Source of the DNA: Adineta vaga
Lineage: Eukaryota; Animalia; Rotifera
Length of the DNA stretch: 64,000 bases
Direction: 5' to 3'
Assembly (NCBI GenBank): GCA_021613535.1
Contig: CP075495.1
Span: forward strand, 12,338,001-12,402,000
Part shown: positions 14,098-25,722 of the stretch, piece after piece
How positions within the stretch are numbered: position 1 is the first letter of the stretch
Layout of the letters: each line of letters opens with the position of its first letter
The notes under the pieces: generated by a model
Seen by the model: only the letters and a program-made list of their open reading frames with translations
The model's database searches: none
Told to the model about the DNA's origin: nothing
Translations under genes and position numbers: made by a program

Positions 14098-14832
14098 ATG
14101 AGTGAATCTGTACCATTATCCACTTCGGATTCTCTTAAAATTATTGTTCTTGGTGATAGTGCAGTTGGCAAATCAAAATTATTAGAACGATTTCTAGTTA
14201 AAAATTTGTAAGCTAATAAAATACATTACTCCTTCTATTTTCTTTGTTCATTTTAAGTGAGGATTCACGATATTCAACATATGCAGTTAATATTTTTAAA
14301 CATACAACGAAAATAGATAATAAACCAGTGGAAGTGGAATTTTGGGATACAGGTTTGAATAAATGATTACTCATTAAATATCTCAAACTTTATATATGTT
14401 TTAGCTGGTCAAGAAAAATTCGATAATCTTCATTATTCTTATTTTCATCAAGCACATGCTTGTATTATGGTATGGAATATTGCCTTCGTATGTTTGTTAG
14501 TGCCATTCCTCTGTTTTCTTTAGATCTTCGATGCTACACGAAAAATAACGTATAAAAATCTTGATCGTTGGTATACGGAGTTACGAGCTATTCGTCCACA
14601 TATTCCATGTGTATGTGCGGTGAATAAGATCGATGCAGCGATGGAAATAACAAAAAAATCATTCTCATTCCCAAAAAAACATGATATGCCATTGTATTTT
14701 GTTTCGGCAGCGAATGGTACAAATGTCGTTCGACTTTTTCGTGATGTAATTCGTCTGGCTCAAGCTTATCGCGCGGGTGATTCGCCAGATTTTATCGATC
14801 AAATCATGCGAGAACTTGAAGTAAGTAAATAA
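14098..14832 (+). CDS. RABL2: Rab-like ciliary GTPase RABL2 (short, unspliced-end form). Exons approx 14098-14206, 14257-14352, 14405-14469, 14524-14832
   Basis: KIIVLGDSAVGKSKLLERFL, STYA, EFWDTAGQEKFDNLHYSYFHQAHACIMIFDATRKITYKNLDRWYTELR..RPHIPC.CAVNKID, YFVSAANGTNVVRLF and DFIDQIMRELE. No C-terminal CAAX. Confidence 0.96.
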
Positions 14833-14985
14833 AACAAAATCAAAAATCTATTCTTTTCTTCTCGTGTATTAACTTCTTCCTGTAAATCTTTTGTCTTGTA
14901 ACTTTCGATCATATGCATGGATTTATCTAAATTAAAATGGAAAAATTTTCGAAATGATTATGGTTCCCATTTATTATATGTTCAG

Positions 14986-15858
14986 GATCAACGAACATAT
15001 AATGATTTATCTCAAACAGTCGATTTACCATCACATCATTATGAAAATTATGACAATGATATGATATCTGTATCAGAACATAGTTCTTCGATGATATTAG
15101 ATTCATCTTTATCGACATGTTTTGGTACTCGACGAAAGATTTCCAATTGTTTTTCTAATGCGTCGAATGAATCTTATAAAAAGAAATGTAAATATTGGTT
15201 AAATTTATTATTTGCTGAAGAATGGAATTATTTTTATTTATTAAAAGAAAAATTACAACCCTATGATGAACAAGAAAAGCATTTAAAACGTTTAAATTCG
15301 ACCTCGAAATTATCAACTATACTTCAGATTTATCACAATTCATTTATACCATTAAAAATCTCATCAACATTTAATCGACTATTATGTCAAAATCATTATG
15401 AACGTCTTCATTGTTTATTTAATTCCTTCTTAGAAGTAATTATCTTAGAAAATGAATATCAATTATGTTTAAATATTCTTCAAAGACTTCAATATTTAAT
15501 TAATAAGGTCAAAGATCAACAATATGAGAATATATTTATTCAATTTCCATTATATATTCAACGTACATTAACACTTTCATCGATAGATAATTATCAAATT
15601 TTAAATATTATGTCCAAAGATAAAGAAATTCTTCTGGAAAAACTTCCCTTACATCTAATATTAGGTATTAATATACAACAAGATAAACATCTACTTGTTC
15701 TCTCAATTGAACAACCTCAAGGTTCAAATACTATACATAATTATCATTTTGCACATGCTGATAGATCTATTATTAATCAATGGTTTCAGTTATTAGATAA
15801 TTATGTTAAACAAGCAAAACGTGATTATATGAATAAATACCAAGAATATCGCATTTAA
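14986..15858 (+). CDS. Probable alternative terminal exon of RABL2 encoding a degenerate DH-like + PH-like module (or a separate gene from ATG 14917)
   Basis: Open frame 14917-15858. Helical segment KYWLNLLFAEEWNYFYLLKE..Y...EYQLCLNILQRLQYLINKV, followed by a beta-rich segment ending YHFAHADRSIINQWFQLLDNYV (PH-like terminal W helix). In-frame acceptor TTCAG at 14985. Confidence 0.6.
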   Translation, partial: DQRTYNDLSQTVDLPSHHYENYDNDMISVSEHSSSMILDSSLSTCFGTRRKISNCFSNASNESYKKKCKYWLNLLFAEEWNYFYLLKEKLQPYDEQEKHLKRLNSTSKLSTILQIYHNSFIPLKISSTFNRLLCQNHYERLHCLFNSFLEVIILENEYQLCLNILQRLQYLINKVKDQQYENIFIQFPLYIQRTLTLSSIDNYQILNIMSKDKEILLEKLPLHLILGINIQQDKHLLVLSIEQPQGSNTIHNYHFAHADRSIINQWFQLLDNYVKQAKRDYMNKYQEYRI

Positions 15859-16337
15859 TCCTTTCTTCTTTTGTTTGATTATTCTCAGGAAATCATTTGT
15901 TATTTGTTAATATTATTGTTCTAGAAAATGAATTAAATATCTGTTTGTTTTCCTCTCTTCTATATTGTTTAATCAAAATAGAATATATATAAGTATATAT
16001 TTTCTTGTTATTTTTTTCTATTTAGACAATGAATGATGACAACAACGCCAACACACCGTCCAATGATTAAATCAATGACGAACGCTTTTCTATATATATA
16101 TATATTTATGTGTATCCTCTGACGTGATTTTAAAGAACAATTTGCTTGTCAGATTTTATCCGATTGTATTCGTCCACATGCATGTAGTCACTTAAATCAA
16201 ATATTGATTTTTGTCTTTTTTGTTTTTTCGTACACACTTCTCATACATTTTGTGAAATGAACAAGCACACAGTATATCATCATTTAATAATAAAAAGCAA
16301 AGAACAAAAACGAAATGACTATATATATTTATAATGA

Positions 16338-17959
16338 CTATGTTTTAAATGTTACAACATGTCCATTGGTAGGTTCATTAGGTGTGATTGTGAGATTAAT
16401 ATTTTCGATGGTCGTCGTCGTTACTGGTGTTGATGTTGTTAAAAGTTTCTTTCTTTCGCCTTTGATTTTATCAATATCAGTCGAATAGATCGGAGGTGAT
16501 GATGGTGTACGAGTTCGAGCGATAGCTCCTGTTTGTAAAATATTATTTTCTTTTTTATGATTCATTGCAGAATTTGAACATTGAAATATTTCGCGTAATT
16601 CTCGACGAAATAATGATGATGTCGCTGAATAAAGAAAGAAATTACAACAACAATTTAAATATCGAAATGTTTGTGTTAATGTATAAAAAACAGGATCGGG
16701 TGCCGTCAATTGACGTATTTGCATATAGAACCAATATATTCTATAAAAGAAGAGAAATGAATGACGAAAAAAACAAAACAAGAAAAGAATTTTTTCTTAC
16801 TGGAATGGAAATGACATAACCATAAATGCAATAGCAACAGCTATCAACATAAATGTTATATTTCGATCTGTATTTCTTTGTCGTTGTCGTTTACGTGTTG
16901 ATGCTGAACCTAATGTCGAATCAACATTCGTACTACTTGAAGCTGCCATTGAACGTTGAATAGATGTATGTTGACGAGCATGTAAACGACAAACAATAAG
17001 AATATTAAGTATACCGAGAAAAATAAATGGAACTTAAAAAAAGCAAAGCGTTTATTGAAAATTTTCTAAAAGAAGAAAGAAAAAGTCAAGTGTCTTACCT
17101 ATATAAGTGAATATAACTGATAGAGTTCCGAAAATCTTGTATATTATCGGTAATTTCAATTGACATCGTTCGCCGGATTTAGGTTTCTCCGGGCTATAAC
17201 TCAAAATGAATGGAAACCATGAAAAAGCAATACTTGATATTGTAATGTAACTAACAACAGTAATAATCGTTGTTTTAAATGTAACATATTTAGCTTTATC
17301 AAATGGTTTCCAAACAGAAAACCAACGTTCAACCGATATGAATACAACCGAATAACCACTTAATGCAGCAAATAATAGGTCGAAATAACCATGAAAATGA
17401 CTAAAAAAAATCAAATAATATCTATTTAAATATAATTTTTTTTTATACGTATTGACTCTCTTTTACAAACACACATTTAATTACTATTTAAAAAATCAAT
17501 ATTATCTGTATAGATTTCCTTCCTTCCCTTTATCCGGAGACATTTATGTGTTTTTTACATATCTAATCTATACCTCTTCTATCTGAAATTTCTTCTTCAT
17601 TTTCTTCTAACAAGAAATAATTAATCACATCGAAAGAAAACGAAGATCTTTCTTATTCTACGGTTATCTTACCACCAAAATGCTGATTTATCTGACATTG
17701 GTTCACCAAGAAAATTTTGTAATATGATGTTAAATAGTGAAGTTATTAACAAGAGAATATCACTGAATGCAAGTACAATTGTAAATATTGATACACAAAA
17801 TTTGATCATTTCACGACGTGCAAATACTAAGATTGATAGAAAATTGCCAATAATTCCAATCGCAACTGCACATGGCATGACGAAATGAATGCATATATAG
17901 ACAACCATATGAGGTTTACCATTAAGATTAGTTATTGTCGTAGTATTAATATTAGCCAT
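16338..17959 (-). CDS. Rhodopsin-family peptide-type GPCR (FMRFamide/myosuppressin receptor-like), 4 coding exons
   Basis: TM1 GIIGNFLSILVF, TM2 LAFSD, TM3 ISVERW.SVWKPF, TM5 YIVPF..L..LN, TM6 ..CHFH, TM7 LNCCCNFFLY and helix 8 SLFRREL. Upstream non-coding exon signals at about 17993 and 18990. Confidence 0.9.
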
Positions 17960-19686
17960 AATTATAATAGTCTACATAATCATGATTTATATCTGAAATA
18001 AAGACGAAGGAAAAGAGATGTAATCAAAAGATTTTCTGTTTTATGATAAAAATCATTTATGGAAAAAGAAAGATAGAATCATTATTGTCATACTAATGAA
18101 GGGAAGAGAAAACTTATGTTGTTGCTGGTTCGAATCTCTCGTTTTCCTTTTTTTTGTTTCGATTGAATATTCATTTTTTCATCAGCATAATAGTAATATA
18201 GCCTTTGACAAGGCTGATTAACTTCGTCTATTTTTTCTTCGACACACTTAACATCAGAAGAATGAGCATCAATCCTGTTTAATGAAGATTTCTGTAGGCA
18301 CACTTTTCTCAAGGGAGTAAGGTAGAAGTGAAAAAAAAAGAGAGAACTATATATCTATATATCTGTTCTCTGTTTTCTCCTTTTTGTCTCTCTCTTTCTC
18401 TCGTTCTTTTTGACAATTTCTACGTTGTATGACGACCTTTCAGTGGAAATTCTTTGACAATAGTGTCAAGTAGAAATTAAAACTACACGAAAAAAAAAGC
18501 ACAACCTGAGTTGATTCATTATGAAAACAATGGATTGTAAACAGAAAGGAAATCATTGATCTTTTTTTTAATTTCTGCCTCAATTAAATCTATTCTGCAG
18601 ATCTATACAAGCATGTTGCTTGTTTTGTCTTCATTATATTTTACTTGTAATTTCTCTTTTTTCTCAATCACATGGAAAATCCTAATAAAGATATCTTTAA
18701 ATAGTCTTATTTTTGAGTTAGAATAAAATGAATGCATGACAACGAAGAAATGTGAAATACTCCATGGAATAGGAAAATAATGTGCGAAAAACGAAAGATA
18801 AAATGTTCTTCTCTTTGATGATTCTGGTTTGTCTTCGTTCATTATAAATTTTCATCTCGTATATTATCACTTTTTATGCACGTCATACTCATAAGTCGAC
18901 TAACACGATAAATGTCTCATGGAAATCAATTACTCATAGAACATATTTGACACATGAGAATAGATTAGAACTATACTAGATCTTACTTACTTGCCTTTCC
19001 CTGATCTAAACACTTGTCTTCATAATCGATGATAATCCGATTTTTTATGTCTTTTCTAACCGTTTCGTTTCTTTTCTTTTCTTTCTCTCATTCATATTAC
19101 ACAGAAACTAGTTACACTTAAAACTAGTTTTATTTAGCTGTCGACACACAAATGAGATAGAAGATGGATTGATAAATCCAACAATGACATTCTTATCAGA
19201 TTTGCACATTACTCGCTTAGTTGACTGATTCAACTAACAGAACATACGGCTAACAATCTTATTTTTCACATGAAAAATTATACTGACGACTAATGTCTTT
19301 TCAAAGAATATATACTTTCATTTTGTTTTCTTCTTCTTAGAATTTTCCTTTATTTTCCGCGTCAATGTTCATATTTTTTACTATTATGAAATCAATAATA
19401 TTCGATGCAAGTCAGAAGGTCTCTATTCCCAATAAACACAACGTCCATATATATTTTTCTCTAATCACATCAAAATCAATCAGAAGAAAACAATTCTATT
19501 TTTGTTTCTCGAAAAACATTCTCTATTCTACATGACTCAATTGTGATTACTATCAACAAGACATTCCTTTTTTTGCTATGTATATCATTACTACATGATT
19601 AATTATAGTAAAATCAAGGTCGATAACCTCTTATTTATATTTGAGCGAAAAGAGGAGAAGAGAAAAACCTGATACACATATGAAAC

Positions 19687-19708
19687 TCTTCTCTCTCTCT
19701 CTCTCTCT
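19687..19708. repeat. (CT)n microsatellite
   Basis: Run of ctctctctct... seen directly. Confidence 0.85.
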
Positions 19709-20630
19709 CCCTATATATATTCATTCCATGCTTTTCATTATATAATTGAAGTGTCGAATCTGACAAAAAATTATATGAGGAAGAAAGAAAAAGCAAGCTT
19801 CTTTTGTTACAATTAACGAAATGTTTTTCTTTCTATTCGAAAGAAAAGAACGATCAAATAAAAGTCTACTTCAGAATGAGTAAAAAATCTTTTATCTAAC
19901 AATGATTTAATCGATATCAGAATCATCTCTAATTACTATGAAATATTTCTATACAAAGAAGAAGAAAACCGAACTATGACTGTTGTCTTATAAATCATTA
20001 AGAAAAAGAAAAAGAAGAAGAAGTTTTTCTTTTTTTCTTCTTGCTCTCTCTCTCTCTGTCACTCTATTATATTACGTCGAATGTATAATAGAAAGAATTT
20101 CCTTCACTCACAATAACATTTCTAAGACAAAATCACGCACATAAATTTTGTCACCAAAACAGAAATTGATACCGACACAGTTCCGTCGTTGCATCTACTG
20201 TCAGTTGTAATCAATTATAGAAACATATATACTTCTTTACTTAAAATACCTGATTAAATAAAGGATCTAACTAATTTTTAGCTGGGAATAGTTCTTAATA
20301 TGATGAAAAATTATGTCAAGACTTGTTCAAAAGAAAAGAAGTGTTTTTTTGCTCACAAGTCTCTTCATTCCACTCGACTTGACTAACTGGTTAGACGCAG
20401 TGCCATTCTTCGAAATAATACTTTATACACAGAATTTGAAAAAAAAAGAAAGCGACAGTATTAAATTGTTATCTATCTGTCTATTTGGTGATTTCCTTTC
20501 GATCAACTATTACTATTCAAAAGAAGAAAAGAAAAAAGGATTTCTATCCTTTAATCAGTTACTGTTGTCGTCGATGTATTGACTAAAAGAAAAAAAGCGA
20601 GAATCGGAAAGTCATATTTGTCGTTGCGAC

Positions 20631-20649
20631 AGAGAGAGAGAGAGAGAGA
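20631..20649. repeat. (AG)n microsatellite
   Basis: agagagagagagagagaga seen directly. Confidence 0.85.
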
Positions 20650-23600
20650 AAGTAGGAGAAAGAGAGTACGTTCAAGTGATGTTTGCAGCTTCTTTTTGTT
20701 ATTTTTTGTTGCGTCTTCTCGGACGAGAAGTATGCTGATTTTCTTTGGCTGTTTGTGTAAGATCTTTGTATGTGTATGTAAAATTAGAATATACAAGGGA
20801 TCATGAAGAAATAAATAGTAGTGAGCAGAATACATTAAAGGAAACGAATTATATTCAACTAATGTAACGGAAAAAAGACAGCATTAGTATACTATCATCA
20901 TCATTATGATTATTATTATCAATACTAATGCAACAAAGCAAATAGATTTGAAAACTTTTCTTTCTTTTTGTTGTTCATTACGGATTCATTTGTTCTTTTA
21001 CAAATGACAATATAGAAGATCATTCATACGCACGTATTTAAATATTATTATAGAATGCATTACTAAGATAAGAGAACATACAGACGATACAATCAACGAG
21101 GCGCAACGGGAGAGAACCTGAATGGCTGACATATCGTCAGCAGGCGGCAGTCAGATAGATGAGTTTCCCTATGCTATTATCGATAGTGTTGATGAACTCG
21201 AAAATAGTGAAGAATGTAGGCGAGTGAAGAAAATAAAAGCTTGTTGCTATCGCTGTCATGTTTTGTTGAATCAATTCATTATTCTTATACTTCAATAGCC
21301 TAGATTTTTTAGTTGACACTGTGTTTCCTTTTCTTGTCTAATATTATTCTGTGAAACAAATAAAAGATGCAGAAAAAAAACCTAGTAGCTAGAAATGAGA
21401 AAAAGACAAATTATTAAAGTTTGTTCAAGCATATAACATGACAGTAGTATAGAACTAGTAGTTTCTTGTCTATCTATGTAATAAGATCCTTAGATGTTGT
21501 CTTCAAGCAAGATATTTTGGTTTATCTATTATGTATGTCGATGAAAATGTAATCCTAGAAGAAGCCTTTGAAAGATTTTTGTTGTCTGTCAAATAGCTTC
21601 AAGCATACGCGTACATAATAACACATATGTGTGTAATATCTTAATCTGAAACCTCATCGATGTAGTTACAAGATTTCTTAAAAAAATCCCTAGCATAATT
21701 ATCAGATATTAATGAAAATATATTAGGAAAGGATGGAAATACTGATAAGATTAACAATACAAGACTGAGTTGGGAAAAAGAAAAATCGAACTATGATTTT
21801 TCATTCCAATAACAAACATGACAAGACATAAGATAATGGTATCATTGATCTGTGTCAACACTGTTTGACTGATAGAGATAGAGAACTACTAATCACTTGT
21901 CAATTTATATTCATAATCATGACTATAATAACGAGAAAACGAAGTTATATATATATATAATAAAAAGCTAAACAAAGATAAATCAACTTACTCTTATTTT
22001 AGTTATTTTCTTTTGACATTTATAAATTGTTCCAGTCAAACCTAATAAATATATTCAATTTTAACGTTCAATCGGAAAATAGAAAGACCTTGAAATATCA
22101 TCTACATTACTTTTTCTTAATTTAATTTGATTATTTTATTTCCTATTCAAATCGTTTAACATACCTTTCAATAAATATTTAATAACGTATACGTCTATGA
22201 AAAAAATCACGAAAGTTCTAGAGAAGATTTTGTTTTAATTAAATTATTCTAATATATAAACAAAATCATCAATATTGTCTTGTCATAGAGAATAATATTG
22301 AAAAATGAAAGTTATTAGCTCAATTTCCTAAGAGTTCCTCTTTTCTCTTTTTTCTTCCTCTTTTCACATTAGACGATTTTCTTTCTCTCTCTGTCTCTCT
22401 TCATCTGATAATGATTTCTTTCTTCTTTGTTCTTAGTTCTGTTTTTCTTCTTCTTTTCTTCTATATTTTGTTGTTTTTTAATGACTCCTACATCTTTACA
22501 TAGAAAGACAAGAATGTCCGAATGGTACCAGGAAATCGTTTAAATACGCGTATGTATGTGCATGTGTAAGCAATTCAATAGCATGCGCATAATGCTCAGA
22601 TCTTTTCTTCTTCGATATAAATTCCTATTTTGCCTTTTTTTTGTTGATAGATCTCTCCTTTTCTACGTTAATTTGTTTTTCATTGAAGAATTTTCTTTCT
22701 ACGTTTTCTAACAGTATGTCAAATATTTCTCTCTCTCTCTATACGATCGATCGATTGTTGACGACATACTAACAAGTGAATAATGCACGATTATCAACGT
22801 TCATTTGTGGACGCAACGATTGGTATGTAAAAATTCAACGAAGAAGAAAGCAAAGTACTTCAAAAGCACGCATACTTAGAATGTTTAACTATGTTATGTA
22901 TTAAAAAATCGATTATTGACGATAACAATTATAACATCTTCGATTTCTCTTCACAAGAAACAAACACTTTTAATAAGAAACAACAAGTCATTTCTACTAA
23001 TTGGTCATGAAAACGAACAACAGTTGTTTAAATAACGAAAAAAAAACAAATATACTTTTTGTGGACAAAAATAAGCATCTAGTTCTAGGAATGACTAACA
23101 TACCTCGATATAAATAAGGTTGTTTTTTACTTAATTAACTCATTTTAATGATGGCCGATTTTTCCTAACTTTGTCACAATGTTTTTTAAAAGTATTTGTC
23201 CTTGTTACTCAAACTTCTCTATTGTATACTTAGCGATCTCGTTACAGTTTCATTACTTTTCTCTGTAAACGGTTCCGAGCGGCACAGTTCCCAGCATTAA
23301 TAAAGGAACATTTTTGTCAACGAGAGTTTTGTCTATTGATCTGCAATCTGAAAATTTCTTTCACATCATGTCATGAAACATGAAGCTGTTGTTTAAGTGT
23401 CATTTTTATCGGTCTGTTTTACAAATTGATTTATAAAAAGGACAGAAAGCAAATATGTATCGTCAAGGAGATATATTACACATTCTATTTTTTGTAAATT
23501 AAATAAAATATCTCTCAGAAAAAAGAACGGAAGAAAGAGATAAATTGTCTCTTAAGAATTTTGAAAGCATCCATTATTATATTATACTCTTGTCTTCTAA

Positions 23601-24179
23601 AAGAGTAAAGTAGCATCTAATTCTTTATTTTCTACCTGAATAATGTCATAACTTAGATTGACATTATGTCGAAATAGTATTTCATTGATCAATTGTATGG
23701 AAATCTCTAAATATATTTATTCATTAATATCTCTACAATACGAGGTGACATTAAAATAAAAATAAAATCTCACAAGAATTTCAAGGCCTTTTTTAACTTG
23801 AATTAACCAGTATGAATAATCGTTAATGAATGTATTTCGAAAAGAGTTTTCATGTATTATAATCAATCACATATTTGCTCAACTGATTGCATATAAAAAA
23901 GTGTAGGCGGTATTTCGAGCAATGCTTCAAACAAGTATCATTATCATCCAATTTCCTATCATGGATCTCTACTCTATCATTCAATACATAGTTAAGTTCA
24001 TAGTCGACGACAAGATATGTTATCGAGCGAATCATTAGGAATATATTGTTTCCTTCATAAATGACCTGAAAACTTCCGGTTAATAAATTTTCTACGGATG
24101 AAAGAATGACATCGGTATTTTGATCGATTTGAATTGAGAAAATAAGTCCCAATGGATTGTATTACGTGTTTTATTTTAT

Positions 24180-25052
24180 TCAATGATTAAAAAATGAAAG
24201 AAGACCTTGTTGTTTGAAATTTTCGATAATAGCTAAAGCATTGGGAACAACACTGAGGGCAACTTCAAGAAGATTTTTCATTAAATCTTGGGCTAATCGT
24301 TGAAACATTTGTGTAATTGTTTGAACACTTAAATCAATATTTTGACTATATTGACTAAGAATATGTACCCAATCACCTTGAACGGTAAGTGCATGCGCTT
24401 GTAATTCATATTTGGTTTCAGCAGCCCATTGTTTAATTTGATTTTCAATACCATTCATACGAGTATAGAAAGCTTGAATATTTTCTTCTAATTTCTTTTC
24501 ACCTTTTTGTAAAGCAATAATAGCTTCTTTTTCCATTTGAAATAATTCATTAAATAATTGATGAATATTTGATTTAAAACGAGCTGTTAATTCGGTATAT
24601 TTTGCTGAAAGAATATTTTCAGGAATGATTGAACGACGTCCAATGGTACTAACAATGTTACCGAATTTATCATCAAGAAATAATTGACCACCTGAAATCA
24701 AATGAACTTCATTTAGTATCTTTGTTTTTACAGGAAGAACATTTCTCTTACCTTCAACCATTAAATCATAAGCTGGACCAAAGACATTATCCCAAAGAAA
24801 GTTACCAGCAAATTGAACACCATGAGCAGTGCTAACTAATTGTCCATAAACATTTCCAGCACTATCAACAACATTACCAATAACGTTATTAACTTGATTT
24901 GTAGCACCATTCCATAAATTTGAAACTGTTTGACCAATTTGATTAGCTGCTGATTGAACTGTATTACCAACATTATTGATCAAACTGGTAACAGTACCGA
25001 AAAGACCATGTGCACTACCAATAAGGAGAAATACAAGTAAGAGAGAACGCAT
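24180..25052 (-). CDS. Orphan secreted protein (about 270 aa): signal peptide, 11-mer amphipathic repeats, GRR site, helical C-terminal half; 60-nt intron 24692-24751
   Basis: MRSLLLVFLLIGSAHG signal peptide. The in-frame intron has canonical G|gtaag...ttcag|G ends. Long open frame with coding-like composition. Confidence 0.85.
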   Translation of the reverse strand: MRSLLLVFLLIGSAHGLFGTVTSLINNVGNTVQSAANQIGQTVSNLWNGATNQVNNVIGNVVDSAGNVYGQLVSTAHGVQFAGNFLWDNVFGPAYDLMVEGKRNVLPVKTKILNEVHLISGGQLFLDDKFGNIVSTIGRRSIIPENILSAKYTELTARFKSNIHQLFNELFQMEKEAIIALQKGEKKLEENIQAFYTRMNGIENQIKQWAAETKYELQAHALTVQGDWVHILSQYSQNIDLSVQTITQMFQRLAQDLMKNLLEVALSVVPNALAIIENFKQQGLLSFFNH

Positions 25053-25722
25053 TATTTCAAATATCAAATATGCAAAAATAAATAAGCATAGGAAAAATTG
25101 TTTTTCAACGGATATTTAATAGTTTTCAATAATAGACGTGGGTGATGAGAATGAAAAACAGATGAAAGTTTCATAATCATCCGATTTTTTCATTATCAGA
25201 TTTCAATTTTCAATAGAATATTCTGGCAATCTTAGATTGATTTCGACTATGTTTAGGGAATTTTTACAGATGATATTTTTTTTAAAATTTACTGAAAGAG
25301 ATAACAAAAGAGGTAATGATGGTGCATACGAGCAGTATCTATCTGAGGTTACATTTTAGAAAAAATGAAGAGTCTTTGGTTAAAACTTTAATAATGATAT
25401 GATAGAATAAAACATCATGATGTTTTATAGAAGTGTTTAGTTATCTGCGTAATTCTGTTAGATAGTCAATAGTGTTGATATAAATATCCTTCGATGTGAC
25501 ATATGCAGGTTTTTTTTTCTTGAACAATGATGACAAGAATTGAGTGCTTATTGATAGATGAACTACAACTAACAGTTAGTTGTCACCTAAACTCTTGTAT
25601 CGTATAATGTATATATGGAATCAATCTATTTCTTCAATTACATAATCAAATCCCAAGGATTTCTTCGTTTTCTTTCTGTTCAATAAAAGAAAGAAGTGGA
25701 CAACGTCATTTCGCTGAGATAA

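Noticed and set aside
20313-20835. Overlapping short ORFs on both strands
   Set aside because: Low-complexity GA/CT tract translations with no coding signature.
23145-23300. TTAA-bounded segment with a 9/10 terminal inverted match (piggyBac-like MITE?)
   Set aside because: The inverted match is only 10 nt including TTAA and is expected by chance in AT-rich DNA. No second copy in the window.
23850-24152. 100-aa minus-strand ORF downstream of the secreted gene
   Set aside because: TTG start, no motif, lies in the probable 3' UTR or flank. No supporting splice structure.
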